Assembly (NCBI GenBank): GCA_043813525.1
Contig: JBDRKY010000046.1
Coordinates: 13,053-77,052 of the forward strand
Origin: Candidatus Woesearchaeota archaeon
Lineage (GTDB): Archaea > Nanobdellota > Nanobdellia > Woesearchaeales > DSVV01
Direction of reading: 5' to 3'
Length of the DNA stretch: 64,000 nucleotides
Below the pieces are notes generated by a model. That model did not search any database and was not told where the DNA came from. It saw only the letters and a program-made list of their open reading frames with translations. Positions within the stretch are counted from its first letter, which is position 1, and each line of letters starts with the position of its first letter. A program made the position numbers and the translations under genes. Positions 40,727 through 50,597 of the stretch are shown piece by piece.

Positions 40727-41386
40727 ATGATAACTAAAGCAGAGAAAACAGGCATTAGGGAATATAATAAAGAGAAAAAATCAGATTTAGCGATGAAACT
40801 ACTTTTATCTTTATATGCAATATTAATGATAATCATAGCCAGGTATGCAATACTGACTAATGCAACTACTTGGCTTTGGGATGCAGGAGTTACATTTACA
40901 ATTGTATTTGTTGTTTATCTGTCAAGGAATAAATTAAGATTAAATGCATGGCTCTATGCTATGTTTTTGTTTAGCCTTGCCTTGCATACTTTAGGTGTTT
41001 ATGGCTTTTATACTAAACAGTTCTTTGGTCTGGATTTTGATCATTACACACATTTCTTTGCTAGTTTTGCAGTAAGCATGATACTTTGCAATTGGTTGTT
41101 ACATTATAATAATCTAAAATCTAAATTTGCAACTGTCTGTTTCATCGCAATATTAATGACAATTGGGATAAGTGCAATCCATGAGACAATAGAATTTCTT
41201 GGCTATACTTTTTTGAATGCAGATGGCGCTAATCTCTTTTTCCCAGGCAATACTGCAATTCCCAGCCTAACAGCTGCAGATATTGGTGATAGTGGAACAT
41301 ATTCTAACACAATGATTGATATCATCTATAATATGGTCGGTGCTGTTGCTGGGTGTGTTGTGATTGGTATGAATAAGCTATTTTGA
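40727..41386 (+). CDS. DUF2238-like integral membrane protein
   Basis: LHTLG, FDHYTHFF, HETIEF, NTMIDIIYNMVGA. Confidence 0.7.
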   Translation: MITKAEKTGIREYNKEKKSDLAMKLLLSLYAILMIIIARYAILTNATTWLWDAGVTFTIVFVVYLSRNKLRLNAWLYAMFLFSLALHTLGVYGFYTKQFFGLDFDHYTHFFASFAVSMILCNWLLHYNNLKSKFATVCFIAILMTIGISAIHETIEFLGYTFLNADGANLFFPGNTAIPSLTAADIGDSGTYSNTMIDIIYNMVGAVAGCVVIGMNKLF

Positions 41387-41403
41387 TGTAGTATTTTTTT
41401 AAT

Positions 41404-42396
41404 TTACTTTAAAATGCCTAAATGTAATATTCTGGAGCCTGTCTGATTGACTGGGTCAATGCTTTTTCCAATTATAATTCCATCCTCTGGGCTGAAATAA
41501 GTCTCTATGATATCACCAAAAATATTCTTAACCTTTGCAATCTCTTCACCTTTTTTTACTTTCTCAGCCAGACCAAGATAAACCTGTAACACACCTCCAT
41601 CAGTTGTATATAACCAATATGATTTTTTACATATCACTGGTTTCTGAGCTGGTGGAATTATATCACCTTCAATCATCCTTAGATGTATAAATGTGTTTAA
41701 TATGCCGTTAACAGAAGATATCACCATGTTTTTCTGGAATCTGTGGGGATTGCCTAATTCAACAGTGATACACTTTATTTTTTCATCTGTTGCTGATCTT
41801 CTTAATGTGCCTTTGCTACCTATATTATGCAGGATAATCTCAGCATTCTGTAATAATGCCATCCTTCTGGTCACATGATCTTTCATGTTTGCTCTCACAT
41901 AAAATGAATTAACCCTTCCAGAACTTGCAGTGTGAAGATCTATCAGATAATTCATATGCTTAATAATCTTTGAGAAAAATCTATATGCATATATTTCGCT
42001 TCTGTTCCCTCTTGGATTTCCAGGCATAATCTTATTCAGGTCTATCTCGTCATTGAATTTTCTTTTTCTTCTTATGAAACCAGTAACATTTGAGACAGGA
42101 ACACCGATTATTGTACCCTTTAATCTCATAGGATTTATTTTTTTGATAATATTATGAATAACTAATATTCCATTTAATTCATTTCCATGTATTGCAGCTG
42201 TCAACCCAAATACAGGCCCTTGTTCAATCCCTTTTGCAATTATCAAAGGTACATATATTGGATTCCCAAGGCCATCAGAAATAATATGCAGATGATATTT
42301 CTCTATTGTACCAGGTTTAATCTTATCTAAATCAAGATCATAAATTATTTCATTATTATCATGTGAAGCTCTCATTTTACTCAACCAATATTTCAT
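41404..42396 (-). CDS. Succinylglutamate desuccinylase/aspartoacylase (M14) family peptidase
   Basis: AAIHGNELNG, DLNK.MPG, IDLHT, ITVELG. Confidence 0.9.
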   Translation of the reverse strand: MKYWLSKMRASHDNNEIIYDLDLDKIKPGTIEKYHLHIISDGLGNPIYVPLIIAKGIEQGPVFGLTAAIHGNELNGILVIHNIIKKINPMRLKGTIIGVPVSNVTGFIRRKRKFNDEIDLNKIMPGNPRGNRSEIYAYRFFSKIIKHMNYLIDLHTASSGRVNSFYVRANMKDHVTRRMALLQNAEIILHNIGSKGTLRRSATDEKIKCITVELGNPHRFQKNMVISSVNGILNTFIHLRMIEGDIIPPAQKPVICKKSYWLYTTDGGVLQVYLGLAEKVKKGEEIAKVKNIFGDIIETYFSPEDGIIIGKSIDPVNQTGSRILHLGILK

Positions 42397-43810
42397 GGAT
42401 TAGTTTCTCATCTGTGTTTAATGATTTAAACAATTTTCTTTTAAATTTACCTTCTTCATTGATAAGATTGTTCGCCATCTTATCTATCGCGACAAATGCA
42501 AGAATAGCCTGAATATACGCTTCAATCAGATCATCAAGACCAATTCCTAATATATTGAAATCCTTCTTGTCCATGATTAATAATCTTTCAGTATCAGATG
42601 TCCATCTGTTCTCTCCTTTTTTTACAGAAAGATTTGTACCAAGAATTTCCCATGAATATCTATTGTCTGGAAGTTTGTTAACTAAAGGCTTTTTTGCTCT
42701 TCTTGCATATAATGCCACAGGCCTGATACCTTCTTTTGTGTTTACAATCATAAATCTCAAGTCAGCAACATAAATATCATTATGTTTGTTTGGCAAAGTA
42801 CCTATATGATAAAACTTGTCTACCTTACCAATAGAACTCCATGAAAAATTTCCTATCAGGCTCTGGACTATGAACTGATCATACCCAAAATCCTTGCTCA
42901 TAAATTTGTCTAACTCTTTTTGATTTGTTATAGTGAATACTCCCTGTCCTGCATTGCTGTATGGCACTTTTACCACAGCATGCCCATTGAATCTTTTTAC
43001 CCATAAAGGTATCTCATTTTTTGAGACATCCCTTATTGTTTCTGGAATATTTATCTTTAGACCTGTCCCCAATAATTCAGAATTTAAAAGATCATATGCT
43101 TTTGCTGCAACCATCTTGTTTCTTCCGCCAGCTAAACAAACTATTGTTGGGTTATAGACTAGTGTCTTTGTCTGTATAGGTATTCTGTTCCATGGTTTCT
43201 GTGTTACATAACGGATAGCAGCTTTTATGGGATATATCTTATCTTTGTGTTTGATATGTAAAATACCATCTTTGAAAGATATATGATCATTTTCCTCTCC
43301 GTTAAAAAAAGGAACAAGAAATACATTTTCATCCTTAATTTGTGCAAGAGCTGAAGCATAACCTGAAGCTTCCATATAGTTCTTGTCATATAATACAGCT
43401 AATCTGCCTTTGGGAAGGGATTTGTCTTTCAATAAAGGCATGAATGAATTCTTTATAAGGAATTCATAACCACCCATCTCTTTATGTTCATTGAATAATG
43501 GCATAGACTTCTGTCCTGATGGTGAAGAATTTGTCTCAATCAATGCTATCTTACGATTTCCTTTCTCTGTTGTTACATAAAACAGGTCTGCTCCTGCCCA
43601 TCTCATATATTTAGGCTTATACTCAATGATTGATTTAAGTACATCTTTATTTGTTGATGGATTCAGATGACAATACCTTTTTATGATCTGGTCTGTCTTT
43701 AGAGTAAGAAAATAAGATACTAAATGGTGCAGAGACGCATTGATAACTTTAGTGTAATAATGTTGTTCTACAGTGAATGTGTTTGGCTTGATGAGCTCAA
43801 CTTTTTTCAT
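42377..43810 (-). CDS. ATP-grasp-like ligase
   Basis: RNKMVA, IPET, AVVKVPYSNAGQGV, FIVQ, DLRF, TNLS; also IETNSSPSG. Overlaps the peptidase gene. Confidence 0.6.
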   Translation of the reverse strand: MKKVELIKPNTFTVEQHYYTKVINASLHHLVSYFLTLKTDQIIKRYCHLNPSTNKDVLKSIIEYKPKYMRWAGADLFYVTTEKGNRKIALIETNSSPSGQKSMPLFNEHKEMGGYEFLIKNSFMPLLKDKSLPKGRLAVLYDKNYMEASGYASALAQIKDENVFLVPFFNGEENDHISFKDGILHIKHKDKIYPIKAAIRYVTQKPWNRIPIQTKTLVYNPTIVCLAGGRNKMVAAKAYDLLNSELLGTGLKINIPETIRDVSKNEIPLWVKRFNGHAVVKVPYSNAGQGVFTITNQKELDKFMSKDFGYDQFIVQSLIGNFSWSSIGKVDKFYHIGTLPNKHNDIYVADLRFMIVNTKEGIRPVALYARRAKKPLVNKLPDNRYSWEILGTNLSVKKGENRWTSDTERLLIMDKKDFNILGIGLDDLIEAYIQAILAFVAIDKMANNLINEEGKFKRKLFKSLNTDEKLIHEILVE

Positions 43811-43857
43811 TTCTTGGATAGTCTGATTATCTATTTATAAATTTGATTATTTAAGAT

Positions 43858-44244
43858 TTATTCAATATACTTAATCATTCCCCTTACTTCAATCAAAGTA
43901 CCATCCTGTATCATATCATCAATTATCTTTTCACCATACTTTTCAATTAAGCCCATAGAATCAGCTTCATTATTATTTTCCTTGAGGTAGTTGATGATTT
44001 CTTTTCTTATTGATTCTGCCTGTTTTGCTAAGTTTTCTTTTTCTGCTTTTTTCTCATGAATATTTTCTTTCTCAAGCATTTCAAGAACAGCTTTTATATG
44101 CTTGCAAACAGTACCTTTTCTTTTTGCATAAAATATGTAACCTGGGCAGCTGCATACCTGCTTTATAGGATCAACTATATAGAACTTGCCTTTGCTTGAA
44201 GCAGATTCAACTTTGTACTTGTCTTGCTGTTTTATTATGTTCAT
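43858..44244 (-). CDS. SWIM zinc-finger protein
   Basis: CSCPGY...CKHIKAV. Confidence 0.82.
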   Translation of the reverse strand: MNIIKQQDKYKVESASSKGKFYIVDPIKQVCSCPGYIFYAKRKGTVCKHIKAVLEMLEKENIHEKKAEKENLAKQAESIRKEIINYLKENNNEADSMGLIEKYGEKIIDDMIQDGTLIEVRGMIKYIE

Positions 44245-44268
44245 CTTGCTGTTTATACCAATAATATC

Positions 44269-44512
44269 CAATCTGGGTATAAGTTCGGGCTGTAGGAAAT
44301 ATTAATTTAAATCCCAAATCCCAAATCCCAAATCCCAAATCCCAAATCCCAAATCCCAAACTCCAAAAAGGAGCTACGCTCTATATTCTTTTTGTTTTTG
44401 GGATTTATTTTTGTTGGGATTTGGTTTTTTTGGGATTTGTGATTTCCAAGCGTTAGCTTGGTTTGTGATTTATAATATTAATATCTAAAAACCCGAACTT
44501 AGATCCAACATC
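44269..44512. mobile_element. MITE family 2, copy F
   Basis: Reverse-complement homolog of 21997-22225. (AAATCCC)7 at 44309-44357. Flanks ATAATATC / AGAATATC (7/8). Confidence 0.82.
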
Positions 44513-44574
44513 AGAATATCAATAATTTTATAAATACTTTATGATTTTTGGTGTATAATGTTAATGTAGTTTAC

Positions 44575-44664
44575 TTATACTCATGCCAACGTGGCACATA
44601 TCTTAATCCTTCGGATAAAGAAGCACCACCTTGGCAATCGTTACACTCATGCCAACGTGGCACA
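44575..44664. repeat. Two 24-nt palindromic direct repeats separated by 42 nt
   Basis: TTA(T/C)ACTCATGCCAACGTGGCACA at 44575 and 44641. Confidence 0.8.
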
Positions 44665-44982
44665 ACCTGGTACTGCGCAAGCCTGGAATATAGGATTTGT
44701 ATCAGTGAGCTTGTTTCCTCCGGGATATCCCAGTTCAAAAAAAAGTTAGAAAGTAAGAGAGTTTGAATGAAAAGCTTCTAACTTTTTTGAAAGTCTGGGC
44801 GTTGGCGTTTTACTCTTAAAATGGCATCATATTGCTGAGAAACTTTTTATTCCAGAAAAAGCTTGCTTCAAATATCTCCCCAAAACCCTAAACCCTTAAT
44901 TACCATTGTGATATAATTATGGTTTAGAACATTTTATTTTTATTATATAAAACATATAAATCAATCCTTGTTTCTTCATCAG

Positions 44983-46239
44983 ATGGATCAAGAATTAGAA
45001 GAAATACTGCGAAAAAATAATGTATATCTTAGAAAATATGGCAGATTAATTGAAAGAGATGACTGCAAAGATAAAGTTATAGATTATATTGCTACTCATG
45101 ACACATTGTTAGATGATTGTTTAATGTTCTCAGGGTATTATATAACCAAAATTGCTATGTATTTATTGGATGAAACACCTGAATTGCTTGCTGGCATTGC
45201 AGATCATCTGGAAAAGTTGTACCAGTTTAATTTAAATGTAAATGAATTAGGTAAATTATACGATGGTGAAGCATTTCCTTGTGATGTTATTCTTATCAGG
45301 TCTGTTGCGATGGGTAATGCAGCTATTTGTGCAGAGAGGATTTCTTTAAATTTTGAATGTATTGAAACTGCAATAGCATGGTTAGACAGAGCCAGTAAAG
45401 CATCTCTTGAATCTGCAGAGATTAGTAAAGCAGTTGATAAAAGACATTCTGTATTAGCTTATAAGTGTGCAGCAACTCATATAAACAACATGATTACACT
45501 GGTAAAAAACCTTCCAAGAGATCATCCTCTTCGTGGTAAATTAGATAATAAGACAGATGGATGGATTGAAGATCAGATAAATGCAAATTTAACAGCTACA
45601 AAACTAAGAGAAGGAGTTAATGCTATGCATGGACAGGAAAGAAAAGAAATAATTGAGATGATTGAAAAATGTTATCTTGTTGTATCTGTTTGTTTGGAAA
45701 GATTATATAAGTGTGATAAGAAGAATCCTAATCTACATGATGTTAACATGAATCGTTTAGAACAGATGTATTGCATTAATATGGAAAAATCACAATTTAG
45801 TTTAGAAATTGGGCATTATTCAGCTGCATTTGATGATTTAAGGATGACTGCTATCGCAGCAAGGAGACATTATCTTAATTCTGGCAGGCATTTGAGAAAT
45901 AGAGATGGCTCATGGGCTGAGAGATCATATAGAGCATTTGAACAGGCTGGAGAGTTAGTTGACACTTATTCATTTTTCAGACAATTAAATGTGATTGGTG
46001 AGGTATTTGAAGAAAAAGGTGATATGGCTTATTTCTTATCATTTCATCAAAGCCAAAAAAAGCAAAGATGGGATAAATTAGCATTAAAATCATATAAAAT
46101 AGCATTAGGATATTATGAACAATGTCCTGAAATACCTTCAGAGAGGATTGATACAGTATCTACAAAGATCTATAATCGTGAAAGATCAAAAAAAAAAAAA
46201 GATCATAACTCATCAAGAGGAAGCAGAAGGGGACGATGA
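44983..46239 (+). CDS. Hypothetical alpha-helical repeat (TPR-like) protein
   Basis: About 418 aa with repeated A..Y..A helical patterns; start uncertain. Confidence 0.6.
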   Translation: MDQELEEILRKNNVYLRKYGRLIERDDCKDKVIDYIATHDTLLDDCLMFSGYYITKIAMYLLDETPELLAGIADHLEKLYQFNLNVNELGKLYDGEAFPCDVILIRSVAMGNAAICAERISLNFECIETAIAWLDRASKASLESAEISKAVDKRHSVLAYKCAATHINNMITLVKNLPRDHPLRGKLDNKTDGWIEDQINANLTATKLREGVNAMHGQERKEIIEMIEKCYLVVSVCLERLYKCDKKNPNLHDVNMNRLEQMYCINMEKSQFSLEIGHYSAAFDDLRMTAIAARRHYLNSGRHLRNRDGSWAERSYRAFEQAGELVDTYSFFRQLNVIGEVFEEKGDMAYFLSFHQSQKKQRWDKLALKSYKIALGYYEQCPEIPSERIDTVSTKIYNRERSKKKKDHNSSRGSRRGR

Positions 46240-46284
46240 ATATTTACCATTAACTTTTTAAAATAAACTATGATTCTTTGAGAT

Positions 46285-47109
46285 ATGGCTGGAAAATATG
46301 TTAGTCGGTCTGCTGGAAAAAAAACCAGAAGAAAAACTAGAGAAAGAGTTAGAGAAAGAGTTAGAGAAAGAGCTAGAAAAATAGCCAGAAAAACTACGGA
46401 AATAACTGAAGAAACTATTGACAGAATCAGGTATATCAATGCTAATGCAATTGTTGCAGGTCTTATGCCAAATACTTTGATTGATTATGCTTCTGCTAAC
46501 ATAGATCAAGAAAATGTGCTGGTTGCATTATTAAGAAAGACAGAAGAATCATTTAGTGAGTTGGGTATTGTGCATGCTGATCTGGATGCATTGACATCAG
46601 CTGCATTAGAATTAGCACCTGAAGATGCAGAAGCTAATCATAATAAGGGCTCTTATTTTTATAAATTTAGCAGATATAAAGAAGCATTGCCTTTCTATGA
46701 AAAAGCAGTAGAATTAACTTCAGATGATGAGCAAAGAGCAACAAATGTTGGTTATCATATTGATTATTGCAGAACATTATATTTAGCTGGTTTTGCTTCT
46801 AAAGCTAAATCTGAAATTAAAAAAGGTATATCTAATTTTTCAAATGAAGGTATTTATAATTATTTATTAGCACAAATGGTAGAAAAAGAAGTTGAATATT
46901 TAAGAAGTAAGAATAGTAAGTGGGTAAGAGCTGTGCACCATTATCAAGATGCTGCCAGAAAATTAAGAGCACAAATAAAACAAAAACCTGATTCTAAAAA
47001 TAGAGCTATACATGAAAAATATCTGAGTACTGCAGAAGAAGCAATCAAAATGATCAAAAGAGAACATAAATATCATGATTATAAAAAATTGCTGTTTTAT
47101 CGTATGTAA
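46285..47109 (+). CDS. TPR protein with Arg-rich N-terminus
   Basis: ALELAPEDAEANHNKG..Y.EALPFYEKAVEL; the stop codon lies inside MITE copy B. Confidence 0.75.
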   Translation: MAGKYVSRSAGKKTRRKTRERVRERVRERARKIARKTTEITEETIDRIRYINANAIVAGLMPNTLIDYASANIDQENVLVALLRKTEESFSELGIVHADLDALTSAALELAPEDAEANHNKGSYFYKFSRYKEALPFYEKAVELTSDDEQRATNVGYHIDYCRTLYLAGFASKAKSEIKKGISNFSNEGIYNYLLAQMVEKEVEYLRSKNSKWVRAVHHYQDAARKLRAQIKQKPDSKNRAIHEKYLSTAEEAIKMIKREHKYHDYKKLLFYRM

Positions 47110-47293
47110 TAAGTCTCCTAATAAGGAATATTATTGCTGCCAGTTTTCATCAGCGAAAACTGGATGATTATCATTCTGAAAGCGAGACTGGTTAAACAGA
47201 AGGTTTTCGCAGCATAAATATCTTCGAACTGTATTATTATGAAAACAAATATAAGGCGGCAATAATATCCAAGAAAGGAGACTTATTACATAC
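47102..47293. mobile_element. MITE family 1, copy B
   Basis: 18-bp perfect TIR; near-identical reverse complement of 19292-19483; no flanking duplication. Confidence 0.88.
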
Positions 47294-47384
47294 CACAAAA
47301 CGCTAGTAATTTATTTACATGCCCTTTCAGGGCTTGATAAATAAATTACTCCAAGTTTGACAAGTGTCAAACTTGGGTTATTAC
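47294..47384. repeat. Family G partial copy abutting MITE copy B
   Basis: CACAAAACGCTAGT, long hairpin 47305-47350, hairpin 47351-47376. Confidence 0.75.
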
Positions 47385-47391
47385 ATATGTT

Positions 47392-48075
47392 TTATCTACA
47401 CACTTTCCAACCATCCTGATATAATAATATGCGTTCAAGAACTTGTTTTGTTTCATCATTTAGTAAAGTACCATATACTTTGCCTTTGAACCATTCTCTT
47501 TTGACTTCAAAAGCTTTTTCATATGATGTATTAAGATGCCTTCTGAATTCACAAGGTAATATTCTTTGTTTTTTGAAACCTGTGTTTTTTACAACATATA
47601 TGTAACCTCTTTCATCAATGCTATGGCTGGCTATTTCTCTGATAGATCCTTCAAAACCAAGAGATTGTATCTCATCAATATATTCTGGTTCTACATAATA
47701 CCTTAAGTCTAATACTAATTGGTCACTTGTTTTTTTTTCATGCCATCTTCTCTCGACAGTTCCTATACCTGATAATTGTCCCCTGTTCTTATTGGTATGC
47801 ACTGCATACATCAATGCAACACCAGCATTATCTGTAGCTGAAACACCATTTAATCCAGATATTAAATCTCTTCTTCCCATATCATCAGTAGAACCATGAA
47901 GAAGATAGCCTTTGCTGACAATATAATTGAAGAATCTTTCAACAGGAGTTGCACCTGGAAAGTTATTTAGAAATTCAGGAAGACCTGCTTTTTCAAATTC
48001 TTCAGCAGTGCATAATTTTCTGCCAATATTTTCAACATATCTTTCAATAAGAGTATCAATATATGTCATGAACAT
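47392..48075 (-). CDS. Hypothetical protein, possible ADP-ribosyltransferase-like fold
   Basis: LLHGS...SATD...ALMYA...GYIYVV pattern. Confidence 0.5.
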   Translation of the reverse strand: MFMTYIDTLIERYVENIGRKLCTAEEFEKAGLPEFLNNFPGATPVERFFNYIVSKGYLLHGSTDDMGRRDLISGLNGVSATDNAGVALMYAVHTNKNRGQLSGIGTVERRWHEKKTSDQLVLDLRYYVEPEYIDEIQSLGFEGSIREIASHSIDERGYIYVVKNTGFKKQRILPCEFRRHLNTSYEKAFEVKREWFKGKVYGTLLNDETKQVLERILLYQDGWKVCR

Positions 48076-48098
48076 AGGTTATATCATGGATAATTTAA

Positions 48099-49757
48099 AT
48101 GTTATTGTCTTACACCACAAACATTAAATATCATGCCAAAATCCTTTATCTTATGCTGACTTATACTAATCCTGTATATACTGATTTTAAATATGCTGAA
48201 TCTGCTGAAAGGCGTGAATTGACAGATATTCTTGGCTGTCTTGTCAAACAATTTAATGGAGTTATGCCTGAAGTCAGCATGAGAAGGCAGATGATATATG
48301 ACCATTGGAACAAGAAATACAGGCGCGAAGAGCCAAGATTAGCTGTTTCTTGGGATATTGGAGCAATGAATGAACAGCTTTACAGAAGATTAGAAAGGAT
48401 ATTCAATGAATCTGTTCTTGATGATACAGGTGTTCATTCAAAGGATTATTACAGGATAAAAGGAAAAGCACCAGCTAAATTTGTTGGGTTTGACGGTTGC
48501 CAGACAGGAAAGATTAGAGGTTTTCCTGTCTATCCAGACAACATTCCTCGCTTTGATTGTTCTGCATACAGTGAAACCAAACAAATATTATGGGTTGCCA
48601 GAGAATATCCTACATTAAAAGATGCAAAACAAAATATGAAAGGCAGAGGTAAAAATTATTGGTTTTATAGTGATGGCAGATTTGTTGTTAATCTCAGGCT
48701 GGAATCATGCAAAGAGATTGAATTTATTGATACTGCATTAAGAGTGAGTGTTGCTCTAAACGGCTCTTATGATTCCTTTGACAGGGCTAAAGCATTATAT
48801 TTAGCTCAAAAACAATTAGTGAGAAGAGATACTAAATCTGAATCTCAAGATGATATATTAGGATTAGATGAACTTATAGAAGATATCAAATTCAGGCAGT
48901 TCTTCGCAACTTTATATCCAGAAGAAGCAAGAAGATTAGGAGTAACAGATGAATCTGTATTATTAGTTGGAGTTCCAGGAACTGGCAAAAGCTCAATCGC
49001 TTCCAGTTTATTATGGGACCCGCAATTAGAAGAAGTTGTATTTATCCCATTAGATGTAACTGAATTATTACAGGCAGGCTATTCATCAAATAAAATAATG
49101 GATTCTTTCTTTGGCGGTATCCGTGATATGCACAGAAGATATGGTTTCAGGCCCATGTTATGGTGCGATGATTTAGAGGCAGCATTTCTTGAAGACAGAT
49201 CAAGAGGCTCAAGAGAAGTTGCAGTAACACAATCTACACTGCTTAACCAATTACAGGGTGTAACTAAAGATTATGGTGTAAGAATATCAGGCTCAAGCAA
49301 TTACCCTGAAAGAATCGATCCCAGATTCCTTGAATTTGGCAGAATCAGTTATATGTATCATGTTCCAATCCCAACAGACACAAACATATTAGCAAGGATA
49401 TTATCTAAACACATAAGCAAAAGAGAACAGGTAATATTAAATAATGATTGTATTGATTTAAGTGATGATTTTACATACAGTAATGTTGATATACATGAGA
49501 TTGTAGCTGAATGTATTGGTTTTACACCACGATTATTAGTTAAGCTGGTTAATGAAGCAGGTATGCAGGCAGCAAAAAGAATATATAAAACATTCTCCGG
49601 CACCAGAAAGTATCCTTTAGTTGTGACTGGTGATGATTACAAAAAAGCAATTAAGATTGTGAAATCAACAACTGACCTTGACCATCTTAAAAGAAGAGAC
49701 GAAGAGATAAGTGCATTTGTTGTGAAAAAAGGCGGGAAGAGGGTTGGGTTTAGGTAA
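48099..49757 (+). CDS. AAA ATPase with uncharacterised N-terminal region
   Basis: GVPGTGKS, WCDDLE, LLNQLQG, SNYPERIDP..GRI, C-terminal VGF. True start probably an internal ATG (e.g. 48153). Confidence 0.85.
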   Translation: MLLSYTTNIKYHAKILYLMLTYTNPVYTDFKYAESAERRELTDILGCLVKQFNGVMPEVSMRRQMIYDHWNKKYRREEPRLAVSWDIGAMNEQLYRRLERIFNESVLDDTGVHSKDYYRIKGKAPAKFVGFDGCQTGKIRGFPVYPDNIPRFDCSAYSETKQILWVAREYPTLKDAKQNMKGRGKNYWFYSDGRFVVNLRLESCKEIEFIDTALRVSVALNGSYDSFDRAKALYLAQKQLVRRDTKSESQDDILGLDELIEDIKFRQFFATLYPEEARRLGVTDESVLLVGVPGTGKSSIASSLLWDPQLEEVVFIPLDVTELLQAGYSSNKIMDSFFGGIRDMHRRYGFRPMLWCDDLEAAFLEDRSRGSREVAVTQSTLLNQLQGVTKDYGVRISGSSNYPERIDPRFLEFGRISYMYHVPIPTDTNILARILSKHISKREQVILNNDCIDLSDDFTYSNVDIHEIVAECIGFTPRLLVKLVNEAGMQAAKRIYKTFSGTRKYPLVVTGDDYKKAIKIVKSTTDLDHLKRRDEEISAFVVKKGGKRVGFR

Positions 49758-49817
49758 ATAGATCTAAATCAAATAATCATATTTTGGATGATAAACCATT
49801 TTTTATAGCCTCCTTTA

Positions 49818-50099
49818 TTATTTGATAATAAGCTTCACTCCATAAAATAATAAATAATTTCTAAAAGCTTCTTTTCCAAGATTTTCTTCATCATTTATCA
49901 GCATAGTAAACAATTCTTCTTTTGTGAATATGTAATAATCAACTTTTATATGGGAAAGCCTTGTGATTTCTTTGATATAATGTGCTATTCCTTCACATAA
50001 ATGAAGTATTTTTGCTACTATCTTTTTTATTAATATCTGTTTGCTGTAAAAATCTATTGTTCTTAAATGTTCTATTGATGATATGAAATTTAGTATCAT
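49818..50099 (-). pseudogene. C-terminal fragment of a nucleotidyltransferase-type protein
   Basis: VDYYIFTKEELFTML..EENLGKEAF..LLFYG. Confidence 0.45.
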
Positions 50100-50597
50100 T
50101 TTACTTACATAAGTAATAAATTACTTATATGCTTTTTAGTTAATGGTGTTATAAAATGACTTTGTATAGTATTGATTTAACGTAACTGCCACAAAATAAC
50201 GTAACATTTTATCGCATTTTTAAATTTGTGTTTGAGCATTTTTGCGCCTAACATCAACTTGTTATACGTAGCGAACCTTTGATGGTGAGTGGAGTTTTTA
50301 ATTTGTCTGAAATATAAGTTGATATTGTAGTTTTTTTAATGAATCATTATCAATAACTGCGTAGCAGAGTAAAAGTCTGTAGGACAGGAGGAATCAGATG
50401 TTATGGCTTTGATATTTTATCTTTAGCTTGTTTTTCTACAATTATAAATAATTTGTTTAATGCCTCTTGCGGAATATCAAGATTCATTTTTGTTTTAAGA
50501 TCTTCTAAAAAACAGCCTAAGTCAAAATTAAGTTTAAGACACTGCAAATACATCAGTATCAACCCAATTCGCAACGGATTTCAAAAATACTATATTA

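Noticed and set aside
44575..44664. Formal CRISPR array call
   Set aside because: Only two repeats and no cas genes in the window; kept as an unexplained repeat finding instead.
50246..50267. GCCTAAC...GTTATAC resembling integron attC core sites
   Set aside because: Only 8 nt between the cores, far too short for attC; no second site or integron integrase seen.
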